Under the pieces are notes generated by a model that was not told the origin of the DNA, searched no databases, and worked only from the letters and a program-made list of their open reading frames with translations. Both the position numbers and the translations under genes were made by a program. 38,249 nt of DNA, from the NCBI GenBank assembly GCA_050230475.1, contig JBFLGF010000027.1, positions 62,001-100,249 of the forward strand. The letters are read 5' to 3'. This document shows positions 11,601-25,536 of the stretch, in pieces (position 1 is the first letter of the stretch; every line of letters starts with the position of its first letter). This stretch comes from Ancylonema sp. (lineage: Eukaryota).

Positions 11601-14600
11601 GAGTTGAGTCTTGAAACAAATCGAAAGTGTGTGCGGCAAAGTAGAGCCGTCGAAGACGATCCACAAATTTATGCGGCGAGAATTCATCCTCACCTTCGAG
11701 TGTTTCACATCGAGCTCCTCCATATTTCCACTCGCTATAGCGGCGATCACACAGTCTTCCACCACACTATTGCGAAGGGAGAGAAGTTGTAACGAGGTTG
11801 CTTGACGGAGAACGGAGCAAAAAGAGGGAGTAGATAGGTCTGACAAGAAGGAAAAAATAAAAGTTCATAAATCATGATGTTGAGGGTACGAAGTACTTTG
11901 GTGTTTGCAATTATATACATATAAATACGAATACACACACATTTGTATGTAAATATACGTATACAGATATGCAACAATATTAATTATAAACATGCATGTA
12001 TTGCATATATGTGGATACAATACTGTAAATACATGTATGTGTGTGTATATACTTCAAGTCTAAAGGGGTTGTCAACACAAACGACACTTTAAGTAACTTT
12101 AGGTATCATTGATACCTAAAGTGAGCAAAATCCAACCTACACTCCGGGTCAAAGACAGATTTAACACTGAGTGGAGTTCTTCCTATGATTGCTTAGAGTC
12201 ACATGTGTATATATGCGAATACCAACATGAATATCAAAGTCATTTGTTGAACGAGCTTCTTCGGTTTGAGTCTCCACCCGCAGTGCTCTTGAATGACTTT
12301 CAAGAATCGGAGTCCGTACCTGGGCAAGAGTCGATCACCAATCTCCGCCACCCCGCCCCCCATGTCCCCCACGTACCATTGGCCACATTGTCATCACAAC
12401 AACACCTCTTGGCCCGAGCACGACACGGTTGACAAGAATCGGAAACTATCACCTCTGCTCCCTCGCCACGTTCCCACGACCCACGTTCTTGAAAGCGGTC
12501 AACAGATAGTTTGACCGCCTTCTCATGGGAGGTGTCACCGAGAAGGGGCCGGGAGGCTTCAGAATTCACAACGATTACCTCCCCCCCCTCAAGGCACCAA
12601 CACTTGTTGCCCCTCAACTCTCCACGAATCTCACACACCCGACAAAAGGGAGGGACGCGTAGAGCTGCCACGTGTTTGCTGCCCATTGGTCCGCAAAGCC
12701 TGTCACTTCGTTGGTCCGAAAACGAAGGCACGTGTGGTCGGGGGTTGGGTATGAAACTCGTTGACTCCTCCTCCTCGCACACTGCTCTCAAAGTCAACTC
12801 CCCGGCGCCCGTGTTGGAAACGTCTAACTCCTTTATTTGTTTGCAATGGCGAATGAGTTCCGCGATGCCTCCATCCGATAGTTGGGTACACGAACCCAAG
12901 TCGATGGAAACGAGATTCGGACACTCTCTTGCCACTTGGCGTAGCTCCACGTCTGCACAACAACTTGTCCGACGAACAATTATTCGTACAATTATTTGAA
13001 CAATTATTTGTACAATTTTCATCTCTACGACAGCTTGTTGCCCACGGGTTTGTGTTGAGTTGACCTTCATCAATCAGATTAATGAGAAGCGATATGAAGA
13101 TGAAGGTCATGAAGACATTTTTGATGGATGGACAACAACTAAACAAACGGCATCAGGGACAAATTTTCGAAAGTTGAACAACAATATCAAGCAAATATGT
13201 CACATTTCCTTTGCCCTATAGAACCCACCAAGTATGATAAATGAGCACACGTTTCCCACATGTTACCCAACGAGGACCTCGCTATTTCAAACGTGTGAGG
13301 GCAGACAATCGTTGTCTTTCCACAACATACACATCTCACAACCCCTCAAACATAATAGAACATCGAGATGCATTGATTTCTCACATACTCAAACCCAATT
13401 ATCTCGCACCTTCTTTCCACTCTCTTCCTAGAAAGAAAGTGGTCCATACAACTCGATTTCTACCACCTCAATAGATGCTTGACCTCAGGCAAAAAAGTTG
13501 TGCAAACCATTCCCAATGCTTTTCTACATCACGTATTCCACAGTTCGAGAGCATTCATTCATGGCGCAAAGGAGAGTACCTAAAATCTCCCTTCTCCCTC
13601 GCAACGACAGCCGCAACAAGTGGTTCAGAATCGCCTCCCTCCTTCCCGGAGCCTCAATCCTAGTGACACTGGGTTGTGCTTCACAAACCAGATCCAGTTG
13701 TTTGGCAGCCTTGAGGTGGTGGTGGGATGGCAGGGAGAGGTCGAGTTCGACTAGGGAATGGTTTTGTGCGGCCAGCGAGTGAATTAGTCCCTCATCGAGT
13801 TGCGGGCAAGACCGACAGAGGAGGATCCGGAGACGTGGACAGTTGTAGGACACCCACGTGGCGAGTAGGGACTGGTTCAAGCCGCGGCATTCGGAGAAAT
13901 TGATGGAAGCCAACATGGAGAAGGAATGCGGTTCAGTGATTCGAGAAGTGGGAGATGGTTGGGGTTGGGGGAGGGCAGCAGTGTGGCCTGCAGAAGGTGC
14001 GATGCACTGAGAACAGGTCGGTTGGGTGACGTCCGCGTCTGGAGAAGTGAGGAGAAGGGCAGCGGTAAGTTGTGTTCTCCTCGATGCCTTACTGCCTCGT
14101 GCGTTTGGTAGATTGTGAACAGAGAGGGTTGCGCACCCGGAGTAGTCAAGGTGCTGCAAGGGGGGGGGAGGAGGCAATGTCAACGTCAAAGGAATCGAAG
14201 TTGATCGTGATGTAGGTAAGTCAATGGCACGTTGTGCTTGTATGGAGGATCTCACTTCATACAAAGCGGGTCTAAGTTTTTTTTTTTTTTTTTTTTTTTT
14301 TGGGTTAATTTGTGTTTATAACTATTTCGTATGTCAACTGATGTGGCGAAACGTGTACCTAAACTTACCTCCGAATACAAGCGGGAGATCCGGACAACAC
14401 AGGGGCCATGAAACGATTCTTGTGCTTTAGAGGCCTTCCTCTCCAACTTGGGAGCGTTACTTTCCGCAGATATGTCTGAACAACAAGCCCGAAATAAGGT
14501 GAGACTCACCGACATGCACGTGGTGTACTCATTCCCAATGCTCCCCCCAACCCCATCATGGTGTGGTGGAAAGGCCTGACCTGAAAGGATGTCCACTGAT

Positions 14601-17453
14601 AGCAAATCGTCTTGTACCTAACCATTGTCCCCCAAAACATAAGTGTGACTTTGAGGATGCACCACCACCAAATGACACCATGCAAAATCACCGTTTGCGC
14701 CAAACTACTCATGCAAGGAAGTCAACTCCGGAAGCTCCTTTCGATTCTGGACGAAGGATTTGTTGGACTGCGCATTCCAATGGAAAAAGTGAAGTGACAA
14801 CAAGTTGAAACCATAATCGACACGATTGAAGATACGAGGGCTTGAATGCATCCACCGGTAACGCCTCACCTGCTCTAAGAGGCGATGTGCGGCTGTGTGG
14901 TCGGTCGAGTTTGCATCGAACGCTTTGCACCAGTGGAGGAGGGAAGAGGACAGTTGTGCTTCGCTTCAACACACATCATCGGTGGGTATGTATCGATAGG
15001 CGACGCACATATCATCATGTAGCCAACTCAAACCGCCGCATTGGTAGTTGGGAGAACAACAAGTATAGCAACAGTTGCCAAGGAAGGTGTGCGGCTTGCA
15101 TGACGATCAGGTACCACGTTAGATTCTCGCTTATGATTCCCCTCAATAATTGTGCTTCACTTATGAATGTTAGTAACAATCTGGTCGAGACTCTATACAC
15201 TTTCATGTCTGCGCAAACATATCTATGCTGTTTACTTATACTGCCTTCTTGTGACATTCTTTTCTCTGTCCTACATCCACTCAACACTCACATGTGTGGC
15301 GAAGGCACATCAAACAGTGGTGAGTGAATACAAGACGGACATCATGGGGGGGGAGGTAAGGCATTGTGCATTTCCCCCCCATGCCCTCACCTGCACACTT
15401 TTAGTTGGGGATGGTGGAGAAGGTTGGAAACGAATGGAGGACTCAGTTCTCCACAATCCGGCGATGTCACCAACTCCACCTGAGCAAAGACAAATTCATG
15501 AGGAAACAAAAAACAAGGCTAAGAAAAAGTAGATGAATGTGTTGTGGAATCCGATCGGCTTTACGGTTTTAGCAAGTTGAGTCAAACAAACACTGTGTGT
15601 TAAGCAGCATATCCCTTCATTTCTCCATGTACTTCACAACTTCGAGAGAAGACACAAAGACCTATGCGATGCCTATGCCAAATTGCAATCCTGAGCCTTT
15701 CAATTACATTCTCACGAGTAGGATTGGGTGTCCAATATATACTCGAGATTATTTCTCACAAAATGAACAGCCGCAAGGTCCTCTAGGAAAGCGCCCACCG
15801 CATGTGCTCCTGCCTCATCCCCCCTTCCAATCCCAATGAGGCACGACAAAGATTTGAATGCTCACATGAGAGAGATTGCAAACCACGACGTTGTAGTCTT
15901 GAGCTAGAAAATATAGAGTGTCATGAAAAAAAAGAGGCAGAACCACCCCCCTGTAGCATTGCGATTCCCCATCCACCTCCCATACCCGCTTCTTTTGCGA
16001 TCCCCCACACTGCCATGAACTCCGACGGAGAAAGACAACAGAGGGTTGGGGTTCGGAGGTCATGGCTTGTAGGGTCGGATGACGAGGCCCAACACTCGCA
16101 GTTGCGAACGACATCGTCTACGCCAAAAAAATTTGCAGCCTGTCCCACACTTGGGCGAGGCATGGTTAGAAGAGAATCGCATCGGGTTTCGTGAGTAGGT
16201 TTGAGTGAAACGCCGGTTGCCCAAGTTGCATTCCTTGTTCGGTTCTATCTTTCGTATACACACGCACGAGGGCAACCTCTCCGCTACTATTTAACCGAGT
16301 GCCGTTATAGTTTTTTGTTTGTATTTTGGGTGGAAACATGAGAAACACAAACGGGTTGGCATAGTTCCCACTCGAAGATGAGAATGAGTTATGTCCGATT
16401 TGGTTCCTTGCGACGCTCAAATGTTGTCAATGCAATGTAAATTGATTGGGAGCCCCTCCGGTTGTTGAAACAACGTGCTTACGTAAATTTTCAATATATA
16501 GGTGTCCTATTCATCAATGTGTTTTTTTCCACATCAACATTCTCCACGATCATTCTCAAGGGAGGCATTGCACGCCGTCATTGAGGAAAATGGTTGGACA
16601 CTACGAGGCAGGGATACAAAGTCGATACGTTTGCTGCCTCATACCTGAAGCAGTGCCCCAAGAGAAGCTAAGGATAGGGTGAACCGTCCCAAATAGATGC
16701 ACCTCAATATTTCACGAAAGATGATCGGATGACACGCCACTACAACATGGCTCTGGTTCTCCTTCCTGTGGGGAGAAGATTAAACACCAGATGGGCTGAA
16801 AGTGATTGACAAAATATGTTTTAGTGGCATCGGCATGCATGCATACACCACGGTGTGATTGAGTTATGGTTATGGTTATGGAAATTTGGTACATTTAAAC
16901 AATTTCTCTCACAATATTCTCAATTCTCATTTTTTTTCAGAATGCTCTCATATCACCTAGGAATTGAAAGCAAGCAAAGGCTAGAGGAAACGAACCTGAA
17001 GGAACCAAACATGGACCGAAAGTAAGACGAGCCTTTGCTTAGCCTGCAATCGGGGGGCGCACGTGTGTCGTCACCTTGTCAAACACTTGCTTCCCCTCTA
17101 TAGCGAAAGTGTGGGAAAGTTGAGAAGCACACCTAGGAGTGGCCAAAGCACAACACGGGAATCAAGAATTTGTGAAGGCATGCGGTTACGTGATCTTACT
17201 CGGATTTGCTTGCTACCACACGCGTGGAACACTCCAGCTCTGCAGGGCCATCTGCGAGGACTTCCGCGATATCCCACACAGCGCCCTCCGAAACATGCAG
17301 TGGAGCACATGAATGGTTATGATTCTCGCACTCCTCAATATCATCTTTTTCCTTCTCTCTGGTCGGGCCACATTCTGTAGCGAGGTGAGTGTCAGCCGAG
17401 CGGATTTCCAGAACAACTCGATCATTTTCTTGAGGTTCGAGGATATCTTTCAT
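8629..17453 (-). CDS. FBL11: BTB/POZ-BACK and leucine-rich-repeat protein, FBL11-like (multi-exon)
   Basis: GT-AG exons join in phase: 17453-17200, 17043-16996 (LSKGSSYFRSMFGSF), 16765-16645 (IFREILRCIYLG), 16139-15986 (AANFFGVDDVVRNCECW), 15809-15760, 15479-15391 (LLHHPQLKVC). LRR exons follow (CPNLVSIDLGSC; GWGFG..LSVGLGG..CPFLEQMSLCFQ; LRHCFG..GWM..ISLVGCPLLT; ECGTI; LELDLCD), then C-terminal LKKCK..LHAETL, stop at 8629-8631. Motif order matches my recollection of plant FBL11. Central exon boundaries are unresolved. Confidence 0.85.
12974..13017. repeat. 12-bp intronic tandem repeat (~3.7 copies)
   Basis: gaacaattattc gtacaattattt gaacaattattt gtacaatt; gives the spurious IIVQIIVRIIVR in ORF 12300-13073. 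Confidence 0.8.
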
Positions 17454-19301
17454 CCCCGGGTCCACTACGGACATTTCACTGAAGATATTTCAGCCATCAG
17501 CATTACATCCAGCAGAATACAACCTAACCCCACGACGTCATGGTCTCCTCCCGGAACCATTGCTAAATACGACAGAGGGTACCCCACGTTCGCTCGTGTG
17601 TTTGGAAGAAGAAGAAGACCTTATTTGGTCAGAGTTGGGGCAAAATAGACATCGATACAGAAATTGATAGGGTAAATAATTCAAGATGGGAGGCGCAGCG
17701 AAAACACTTCCGGGGACCAATCTCCAATTCCGGTGAGACGTGTGCCGAGAAAATTCGCACAAGGACAAGAAAATGCGATGAGACGAGTGAAAAAGTCCTG
17801 GGACCCAGTGGAGTTCTGCCGATGTGGGTGTATCGGTTGTAATGGGGTGCCGGTGTACGTGGTCATCTGGATAACGGCGTGGGTTCCATTATTACGGTAC
17901 TTATGCGTGGGGAACAAACCGCGGTTAGAACTCCGGGTACCGGGTACTCAGAACTCAGACCACGGAACTCAGACCGCGGGACACGGGTAGACAATCCGAG
18001 ATGTGAAAGCTTCGGTGCCTGCCAACACTGCAGATCATTATCTGTGTTGTATGGAATGTAGCTGCAGGTCTGACATCGCTACATGTTTTCTTTTTGAGCT
18101 ATCTGATCAGGTAATGTTTTTGTTTATTTTGATACGTTGCTGGTCAATTTGAGGCGATCGATTCAACAATGATTCCATAGCATCATCCGCAGCCCCTGCT
18201 CGTATCACTACTCGCCACCCCTGCGTATCAATTTTTGGTCCTTGTTGTAATTGCCTCATACCTTGCGTGTGCAGCTGCGATTGCTGTCACCATATTATGA
18301 GGTTATTCACATACACAGGTACAATCAGTAACAACTACACTTACATATGTGCAAATGTGCACTAATAGCATGCATTAAGAAACGAAGATAATGGTTTGTG
18401 GAGAATGTCAAACGTAGCATGTAAAGCTTGCTCATGCATCAAGCTCAAACTCTTACGCTTAAGGTTTCCACGCCTCTAAGAGTATCTTTTCCAGATACAA
18501 CTGTGTCCATATTGAGCCTCAAAAAAAGAAAGGAAAACAAATTGCACTTACCCATAATTAAAAGTTAAGAAGTATTGGAATAAGAAAGTCACACTGATCG
18601 CACACGTGTGTGTCTCCACCTTGCTTACCGTACTAAGTCGGTGTAACACCATGACCCGCTAACTACCCCTCAATAGTATCATTGCAAACTGAATCTGCGA
18701 GCGGATGTAAAACTATGCAGTGCGTTGTCACATGTTTCCAGTCCCTGTGCGCAATAAACTGAAACTGGGTACTGGTAACATATTCAGAAACTTTCATTCA
18801 TAGGACTCAAAGAAGAACTCAATCCGCCTAAAACCATCATTGTCTCTGAAAACTATCTGAAACAATTACTCTACTCACAAGGTTCGATTTTACGGTTGTA
18901 CGGTTGTAAGGATGTTCGGTTCTCAAATTCACTCAATGCACTGAAAAGGAGAAGCTATTACTGTGTATCATGCATTACACGCAGAACTTTCTGTATCGAA
19001 TATTTAACCATCTCCCTACACCAAATTTGTTGACCAATCCACATGTACATGTATTCAGTTCAACTCTTGAGTTAGCGTAACGAGCAATCCAACTCCCAAC
19101 TACAACCGACAAAACTCGTCATGGATGATACATTACAGACCGTTGAATACTAGCTTGCGTCTATATTGTACGGCTGGACGTGGATTACATATGATCTTCA
19201 CGATTTATATGCAAGGGTTGATCCATGTCTATGCTCCAAAACTAAAGGCTGTCGAAAAAACTTGCAAATGGCCCAACAACTCAATCTCGTATAAAAACTT
19301 A

Positions 19302-20094
19302 CCGTAGTGTACGCACAAAATGACCCAGGTTTTCAAAACCGAGTAAATTATCTAATGAACCACCATTTGACCCACCCCGCGCACCCAATATGAAATCCCC
19401 AAAACTCTAGAAAAATATTTATTATTCGGTGACCCACATTATAGAATGACCCACTTTTTATAGAAATATGGTTATTTTATTCCACTCGACCCACCCTTTT
19501 CATAATTATTTGAGGGCATAGTTGGCCCCGCCCCGCAAATCCCGCCCCGCTGTCCGCCCCGGGCGGGCCCGCCCCTGGCGGCGCCCCGGGCGGAGAATTT
19601 CCCGCCCGGGGCGGGGACATAGAGGTTTTTAAGGGTTTTTGTAAAAGGACCCCAAGACCACGTAGATCATGTACACCTTCTCAAAATTCAAATCTGACAA
19701 GTATTCAAGATTTTATAACACTAAGTACGCCTGCCATCTTTACCGGTGTAATATTCTTTTGTATATCTCAAGTTTTTTTTTGTTGTTGTTTTTTTTAATC
19801 GCATTATACCACACCACGCCTAGGAGTCGGAATCATGGGTGACATTAGATGATGTCGGACTTGTGGCGTATGGTGCACATTGTGCAAGAAGTCGGTTTTT
19901 TACAAAACCAGCCATATCTCCGCATTGTGGCATTTTTTTTTTTTTTTGGTATTTTGGCCTATGGCCCCGCCCCGCAAATCCCGGCCCCCTTTCCTCCACG
20001 GGCAGGCCCGCCCCGGGCGGCGCTCCGGGCGGAAAATATCCTGCCCCGGGCGGGGCCAGCTATGTTTGAGGGTCATTATGTGTGACCAGCACGG
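19302..20094. mobile_element. Tc1/mariner-like MITE (TA TSD) interrupted by a hAT MITE
   Basis: Imperfect ~25-bp TIRs ccgtagtgtacgcacaaaatgaccc and gggtcattatgtgtgaccagcacgg. TA at 19300-19301 and 20095-20096. Internal gacccac repeats. About 237 bp after removing the insert. Confidence 0.65.
19517..20064. mobile_element. 548-bp hAT MITE
   Basis: TIRs catagttggccccgccc and gggcggggccagctatg. Perfect 8-bp TSD tttgaggg at 19509-19516 and 20065-20072. GC-rich ccccgccc/gggcgg blocks at both ends. Confidence 0.92.
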
Positions 20095-20949
20095 TATATA
20101 TTCATTGTGTATGCATTCAATATGGACATAATCCAACTCAGGGAACCAATCCCTAAGTGTCCAAAAGCAAATATCGAATATAAGCGTACGTGTGTAAACC
20201 ACGTCTAGATAGGGTTGCGTTCACGCGCGAGGACACACTCTTGGTAGACACTTGAAACACAAGTGTGCGCTTCTTTTTTCACTAATAGAGTAGGAGTGCC
20301 GAGTGTTGGTTTACATGTTCTTGCATCTATCATCTCGTCAATCAATCACAACCATTTGAGTACTACATCCCGAGCCTTAAAGGCTTAGCGATGCATTTGG
20401 CACCACCACAACATTAGAGGGGATCGTTCGAGGACAGTTCTGAAGATGAGGATGCTTCCTGCATACTCATTCGCGTCACCAACTATAGTTTCTACTTCTA
20501 TGTACTTATCAATCTTAAAACGCGGACAAGAAGACACACACCTCGCTATGGTGATCAACCACCACGATGCTATTCTTATGCGGTAGAACCATGAAACATC
20601 ACCCGACATCACCTCAAACGTAGAAGCATCGGACTAACAATGATTTCCTAGTCCGTAGAGTAGAGAATAGAGTAATGAATTGAGTAACGAGTAGCGTAAT
20701 GAATGGAGTAAGTATGAGTCGCATGTCGAATTACTAATTCAATAGCGTTAGTGTTGTGGCCTCGACTGATAAGGAAACTCAAGCTTTTAGTAAGTTTCCT
20801 TCGTGATCGCCCCGTTCTTTGATGTTTCAACAAGTGTGACAAGCAAAAACATTGAAAGACCGCCTATCTTGTGGCTTGCCGATGTTTCCCTCCGAAATCT
20901 GACGTTTACATCGCTAGATAATTCAAAGCCTACAACATAATTTCACCTC

Positions 20950-23594
20950 AATGCCCCCACATTTGAAGTCTCCCTGGACTAAATTTGCCATAACAACATG
21001 CGGACATGTGAATTCGCGTATGCGGAGGGTATAGTTGGACACATTTTTTAATTCTTTCGAGATCGAGTTCACGACCAATAAAAATTGGGATGTGCAATTT
21101 CTAGCTTTCAAAAAATTATCGGTGGCGACCAAAATAAACTTGGTTATACCACTTAATGAGGGGTGTGCATACATAGTGCAAGATGTTCGATACTCCGTTT
21201 ATTTGAATGCACGAACCCCATACTTAATCCTCAGGCGGCTCAACAAATGATTTCACTACAAATTTTGAAGCAAGGCCTTCCCCTGCAAAACGGACATTAT
21301 ATTGTAGAAAGAAATCCCCCGCCAACATCGACAATTTTGTTCCGTTTAATCCGAGTGAGGACAAGACATCTCTGCATCAAAGACCAAACACAAGCGCATC
21401 GCTTACATTCAATGAAAGTAAGAGAGAAAAAACGTACAAAAGAGTCAAAACGAGTTCAATGTAATTCATACTCCCTCAAAACGTTGGTAAAACCGAGTGA
21501 AATTATTGGATGAATATTATTGTATCCTTATCCCTAGGACTCAAATATTAAGTGTGGTAGATCTTGGCTCGTTGGGTCGGTCACATCATTCTGCAATGGG
21601 TGTCTTATATCACATAAATTATCATTTCAGGTAGGATTGTTGGACCGCTAATATGGGATAAGGTTGAGAGCGTACACAAGGTGCAGGGACGAAAAAAATT
21701 GGGCTTCTATTCGTAGTCGTTGTCCCTGTCGATGGAGACGCACTCAAATAATACCGATTTCAATTTTTTTTCTTTTCGTTTGAAAAGACACCGTAAAATG
21801 TGATGATCGAATTTACAGTTTTGTAAATTTCATTGTCTTCTTGCAATAGACAAGTCTGTTCAGACTTACAATGGTCCTGATTTAGTGACGAAATTTGAAA
21901 GCGCATGCGGTATATGTGTTATTACGCCTTTGATGCATTTTTGGAGGGGAGATTAGGAACGACTCAAACTTCATTTCTAAGTCAAACCTTCCCAATTCAG
22001 CGATTCAATGTACCTTTGATGATATGATTCCATATATTTCTGGGGCTAACGGAATCGGCATTCTGGCGTTCAAATGTAGCCACGTGTAGGGCTTATTGAA
22101 CAAAGTGCCATTCACAAGCGACGAGCTGAAGACCGAAGAATCAGGCATAAACGTGAACCGCCCCAGGTTGTCGGTTTTCATTGCGCCACCTGACTCCCGA
22201 AACACGCGCGGAAAAAGCAATTCAGTAAGCTGGCAACTATCGAACCTACATACCTGCAAGGATAAACCTGTTAGAAGATGGATATTTCAACGTGCATTTG
22301 TCCAGATGACTCTGGGATTGTGCAACCAGTTATATAGACAGTTTCCCCCCTTTGAAGTTATTAACTCCGTCACTCCAGCTGGCTGCCTTTCGATTACCTG
22401 AAAATGTAATTTTGGGGTTCACGAGAAGACACACCCCGAGTGATTCTCGCGTGCGCACAGAGGATATAACGACACGGACGCTTCGTTTCTTGAGCGTGAG
22501 AGTTCCAGAATCCCAGTGTAACCGTCTATGAGCAAATGCCTGAATAAGACGGAGCAATTCGTGTACACGTCATCCTGGCAAAAATAATAATTCTAAAAAT
22601 ATTTTTCTGTATCAGCAACCTACGACACAGCGTTCTTTCTCAGAATTACGAGGTCTAGTATCAGGGCAATTTCGACGCGACTCAACTGTGAAGATATGCC
22701 TCTAGGAGGCTTTATCAAACCTTACGTGTTCAGCATCCATGCCTGCAGATTGCCGCACTTCTCGCTTTCCAAGTAGCGTGTCGTTTTCTAGAGGTAAAAT
22801 CGTGAGTACTAAGGGGCCAGCCGCAGCAAGAGGCTCGGGGGGGTCCAGAAATGCTCTGACGTCGTACATGTTTCCGTCGTCTCTCCCATAGGAAGTGGAG
22901 TTCAGTGTGTGAAATGTGACACTCGCGGTTGCCGTGACCTCCTGTGACATAACCATGTCGATGAAAATCAGTATACTAGCGTCACAACTGCATTCATGTA
23001 TGAAATATATTGTAGAACGTACCGAAGCTATTAATTTCGGGAGCCGGACCGAAAACGTGCAGAGACGGAGATGTAGTACTGAATTCATCTTTGAACGTAA
23101 TTATGTGTCGTTTGGCTCCTGCCGATATTCTCGAGCATAGAAATGGTGCGTTGCAGCTATTTTCAACCGAAGGCTATTCCAGCTAGAATATACATACAGA
23201 ATATCGAGTTCTCACCTGATAGGCACAGAACACGTAGACACGGAGGCAGGGTACCCATAGTAAAATCGTTCGAGCACGAAAGATAGTAACCACTTCACAA
23301 CCTTTTTTCGCTTGCAGAGAGTACAAGGCTGTCATAGTGTCGCAACGTCGACAACATACCCGCCTGCAAGTACTTCTCTGTAATCTACTTTTAATTTAGG
23401 AATCTCAGCCATTTCAAAACTCACCGAATTCAAAAAAAAAAAAGTACTATACAGTCCTATAGATATGTCCTCACAGTCGAAAAAATGTATGTACGATACA
23501 ATATCAGTACCGTAAGCACGTGATAACAAAATAATCAATACAGGTGCTGCCAGCACTGTTTCGAAAAACACGTACCAACGTGGCAAAAAACATG
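20950..23594 (-). CDS. Hypothetical multi-exon protein or pseudogene, possibly secreted with Ig/cadherin-like beta domains
   Basis: Exon-like blocks with AG/GT borders: hydrophobic VLAAPVLIILLSRAYG; EVTATASVTF..AEH|gtaag; DDVYTNCSVLFRHLLIDGYTGILEL; YTWLHLNA..EIYGIISSK|gt; GITKFILVATD. A full in-frame model could not be built. Confidence 0.35.
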
Positions 23595-25492
23595 AGTCGA
23601 TGTTCGTACTAAGGATACTTTCCGTGAATGTTCACACGTCATGTCAGAGAATTTGTGACACTATACGAGCATCTGAAACTTGACTTCCTGAAAACAATAT
23701 TCGTGGTTTTTGTGAAGTAATTGGGAACCCCGAGTGACGAGTGACGAGGGCGGTCCAAGATGTCTTCCTATCATAAACGTCTCTTTGCGCAACATCGCAA
23801 GATCGCAAGTGCAGGGAGATATTGACCTGACATGGCATGTTCGATCGATCTGATATCGCTTTTGTATTGAGGACTTTTGAAAAATGACTTGTCATTTATT
23901 TCCAGGTAATAGCGGTCATTGATTTGAGATTTCAAGTTTTGTTTTTTACCGCCTTAGTTACTCGTCTGTGATTGGTGTAAACCGATGCCTTTTCGACTCG
24001 TGAAAGGACGGTCGTCATCACGGTGACGAGAAGAATATATACCCAACGTCAATCTGTCTCCAAAGAGTGCCAGCTAGAGAGGTAGCGAATGAAGTTCCTG
24101 ACAAAGCTCTCTACACATCGAGAGATGTCGTGATTGAAGCATTTATTTGGCTTGCAAATGTGACCACATCGACATTTTGATAATGTAAACACTTCTTCAT
24201 GGTGAGCTCTTACTGACTAGTTAAATATTGGAGTGGTTTGTGTGTGTTTTTTTTTAAAAGCATGCAACCTTAATTATTGTGCGACCTTATTATTGTTATG
24301 TTTTTTCTTTTTTCTCGGTGTTCAAGGAACATACCTCGTTTTCCCGTAGTATTCAAATATGGTATTCATTTTTTTAAGGCGAAACTATGTCGTTCAAACT
24401 AAGATCGATTTTGTCAATGCTCTGATTTTGGAGTTGATTAGATTTCATGATTATTAAGTTGCCGATTACAAAACGATGTATTTTTTACCGAAACCCGCTT
24501 TCCATTTATTTTGAGATGAGAAGAAAGAAAAAAACGTTATTGTGCGCCCGGGGGATGATGATAATGCGCCCCCCATATTATCGGATCGTCATACAATGCA
24601 TGACATGCACGCACATGATCATTTCCTTCAATATTTGAATCATCAAATTTTTAATCGGAATCTTTATACACGATTGCGTTCATTCGTTAGTGCCGATTGT
24701 TTCTTTGTGCCACAACGTGCATTTTTTGGCAAATCGAGAATTTGGGCCAAATGGCGAGATGTCATATTTTGCGAGAAGCTACCTTGATTTCTTTTACTTT
24801 TATGAGACTTCGAGTACTTCACATCTTCCGTGGCATTACTTCAACTTTAAATATTGTTCGTTGTCATTCATTTTGTCAAATCATTTTCGATGATATCGAC
24901 AAATGTTCGCTTTTATTGACCTCTGCCTTTTTGTGGACACAATTCTCTCTCACTTTCTGACTCGCGCTTCTATCTCTCTGTGGACAGGAATTTCTCTCGC
25001 AATTCTGCCTCTCTGTGGGCTGGAATCTCTTAATCGTACTTCTGTGGGCAGGAACTTCCACAATATGTCCCAGAGCTATCGATGCGCGGGATACATAGGG
25101 GACTTACGTAAAGCATTCAACACAAGTGCAAGTTTATGCAAGGATGTCAAGATGTTCAGAGTAATTGATTTTAGAGATCGTAGCCGAGTAGGCTATATCC
25201 CTTGTGATTACAACAAATCAGTAGAATCTTCTAGTGTGCTGGATAAAGTTGCGGCGTCGCTATCCTGGTCATTTTGTAAATCCTCCTAGTCAACATCTTT
25301 GTTTATGCCCCATGCCCATCCTTTATCTAACCTTGTCGATATATCTAAATGATGACTATATATTTTCACTATTGTATAATGTCATGATGATGCGCCTCCT
25401 TTGTCGATATCTATTTATTATTCATCTCCCATGTTTATTAACCCCTAATAACTAACATGTAAGTTTATCAACTCAATGCATTTACAACTATT

Positions 25493-25536
25493 ATTCCAAC
25501 ACACCCCCTAATTGAAAATGCAACACACCCCCTAAT
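25493..25536 (-). repeat. Duplicated PPT/LTR-start motif of a degraded LTR element
   Basis: caacacaccccctaat twice (~25497 and ~25520). On minus the first reads AGGGGGTG-TGTTGGAATA, the same junction as the copia LTR at 33062. Confidence 0.5.

Noticed and set aside
17075..17132. AG/GT-bounded cassette exon in FBL11 intron 1
   Set aside because: 58 nt would shift the frame and leave a ~30-nt intron; the flanking exons already join in phase.
17990..18330. Possible snoRNA or divergent lncRNA upstream of FBL11
   Set aside because: Only short hairpins and one donor-like caggtaatg; no convincing C/D or H/ACA box pair.
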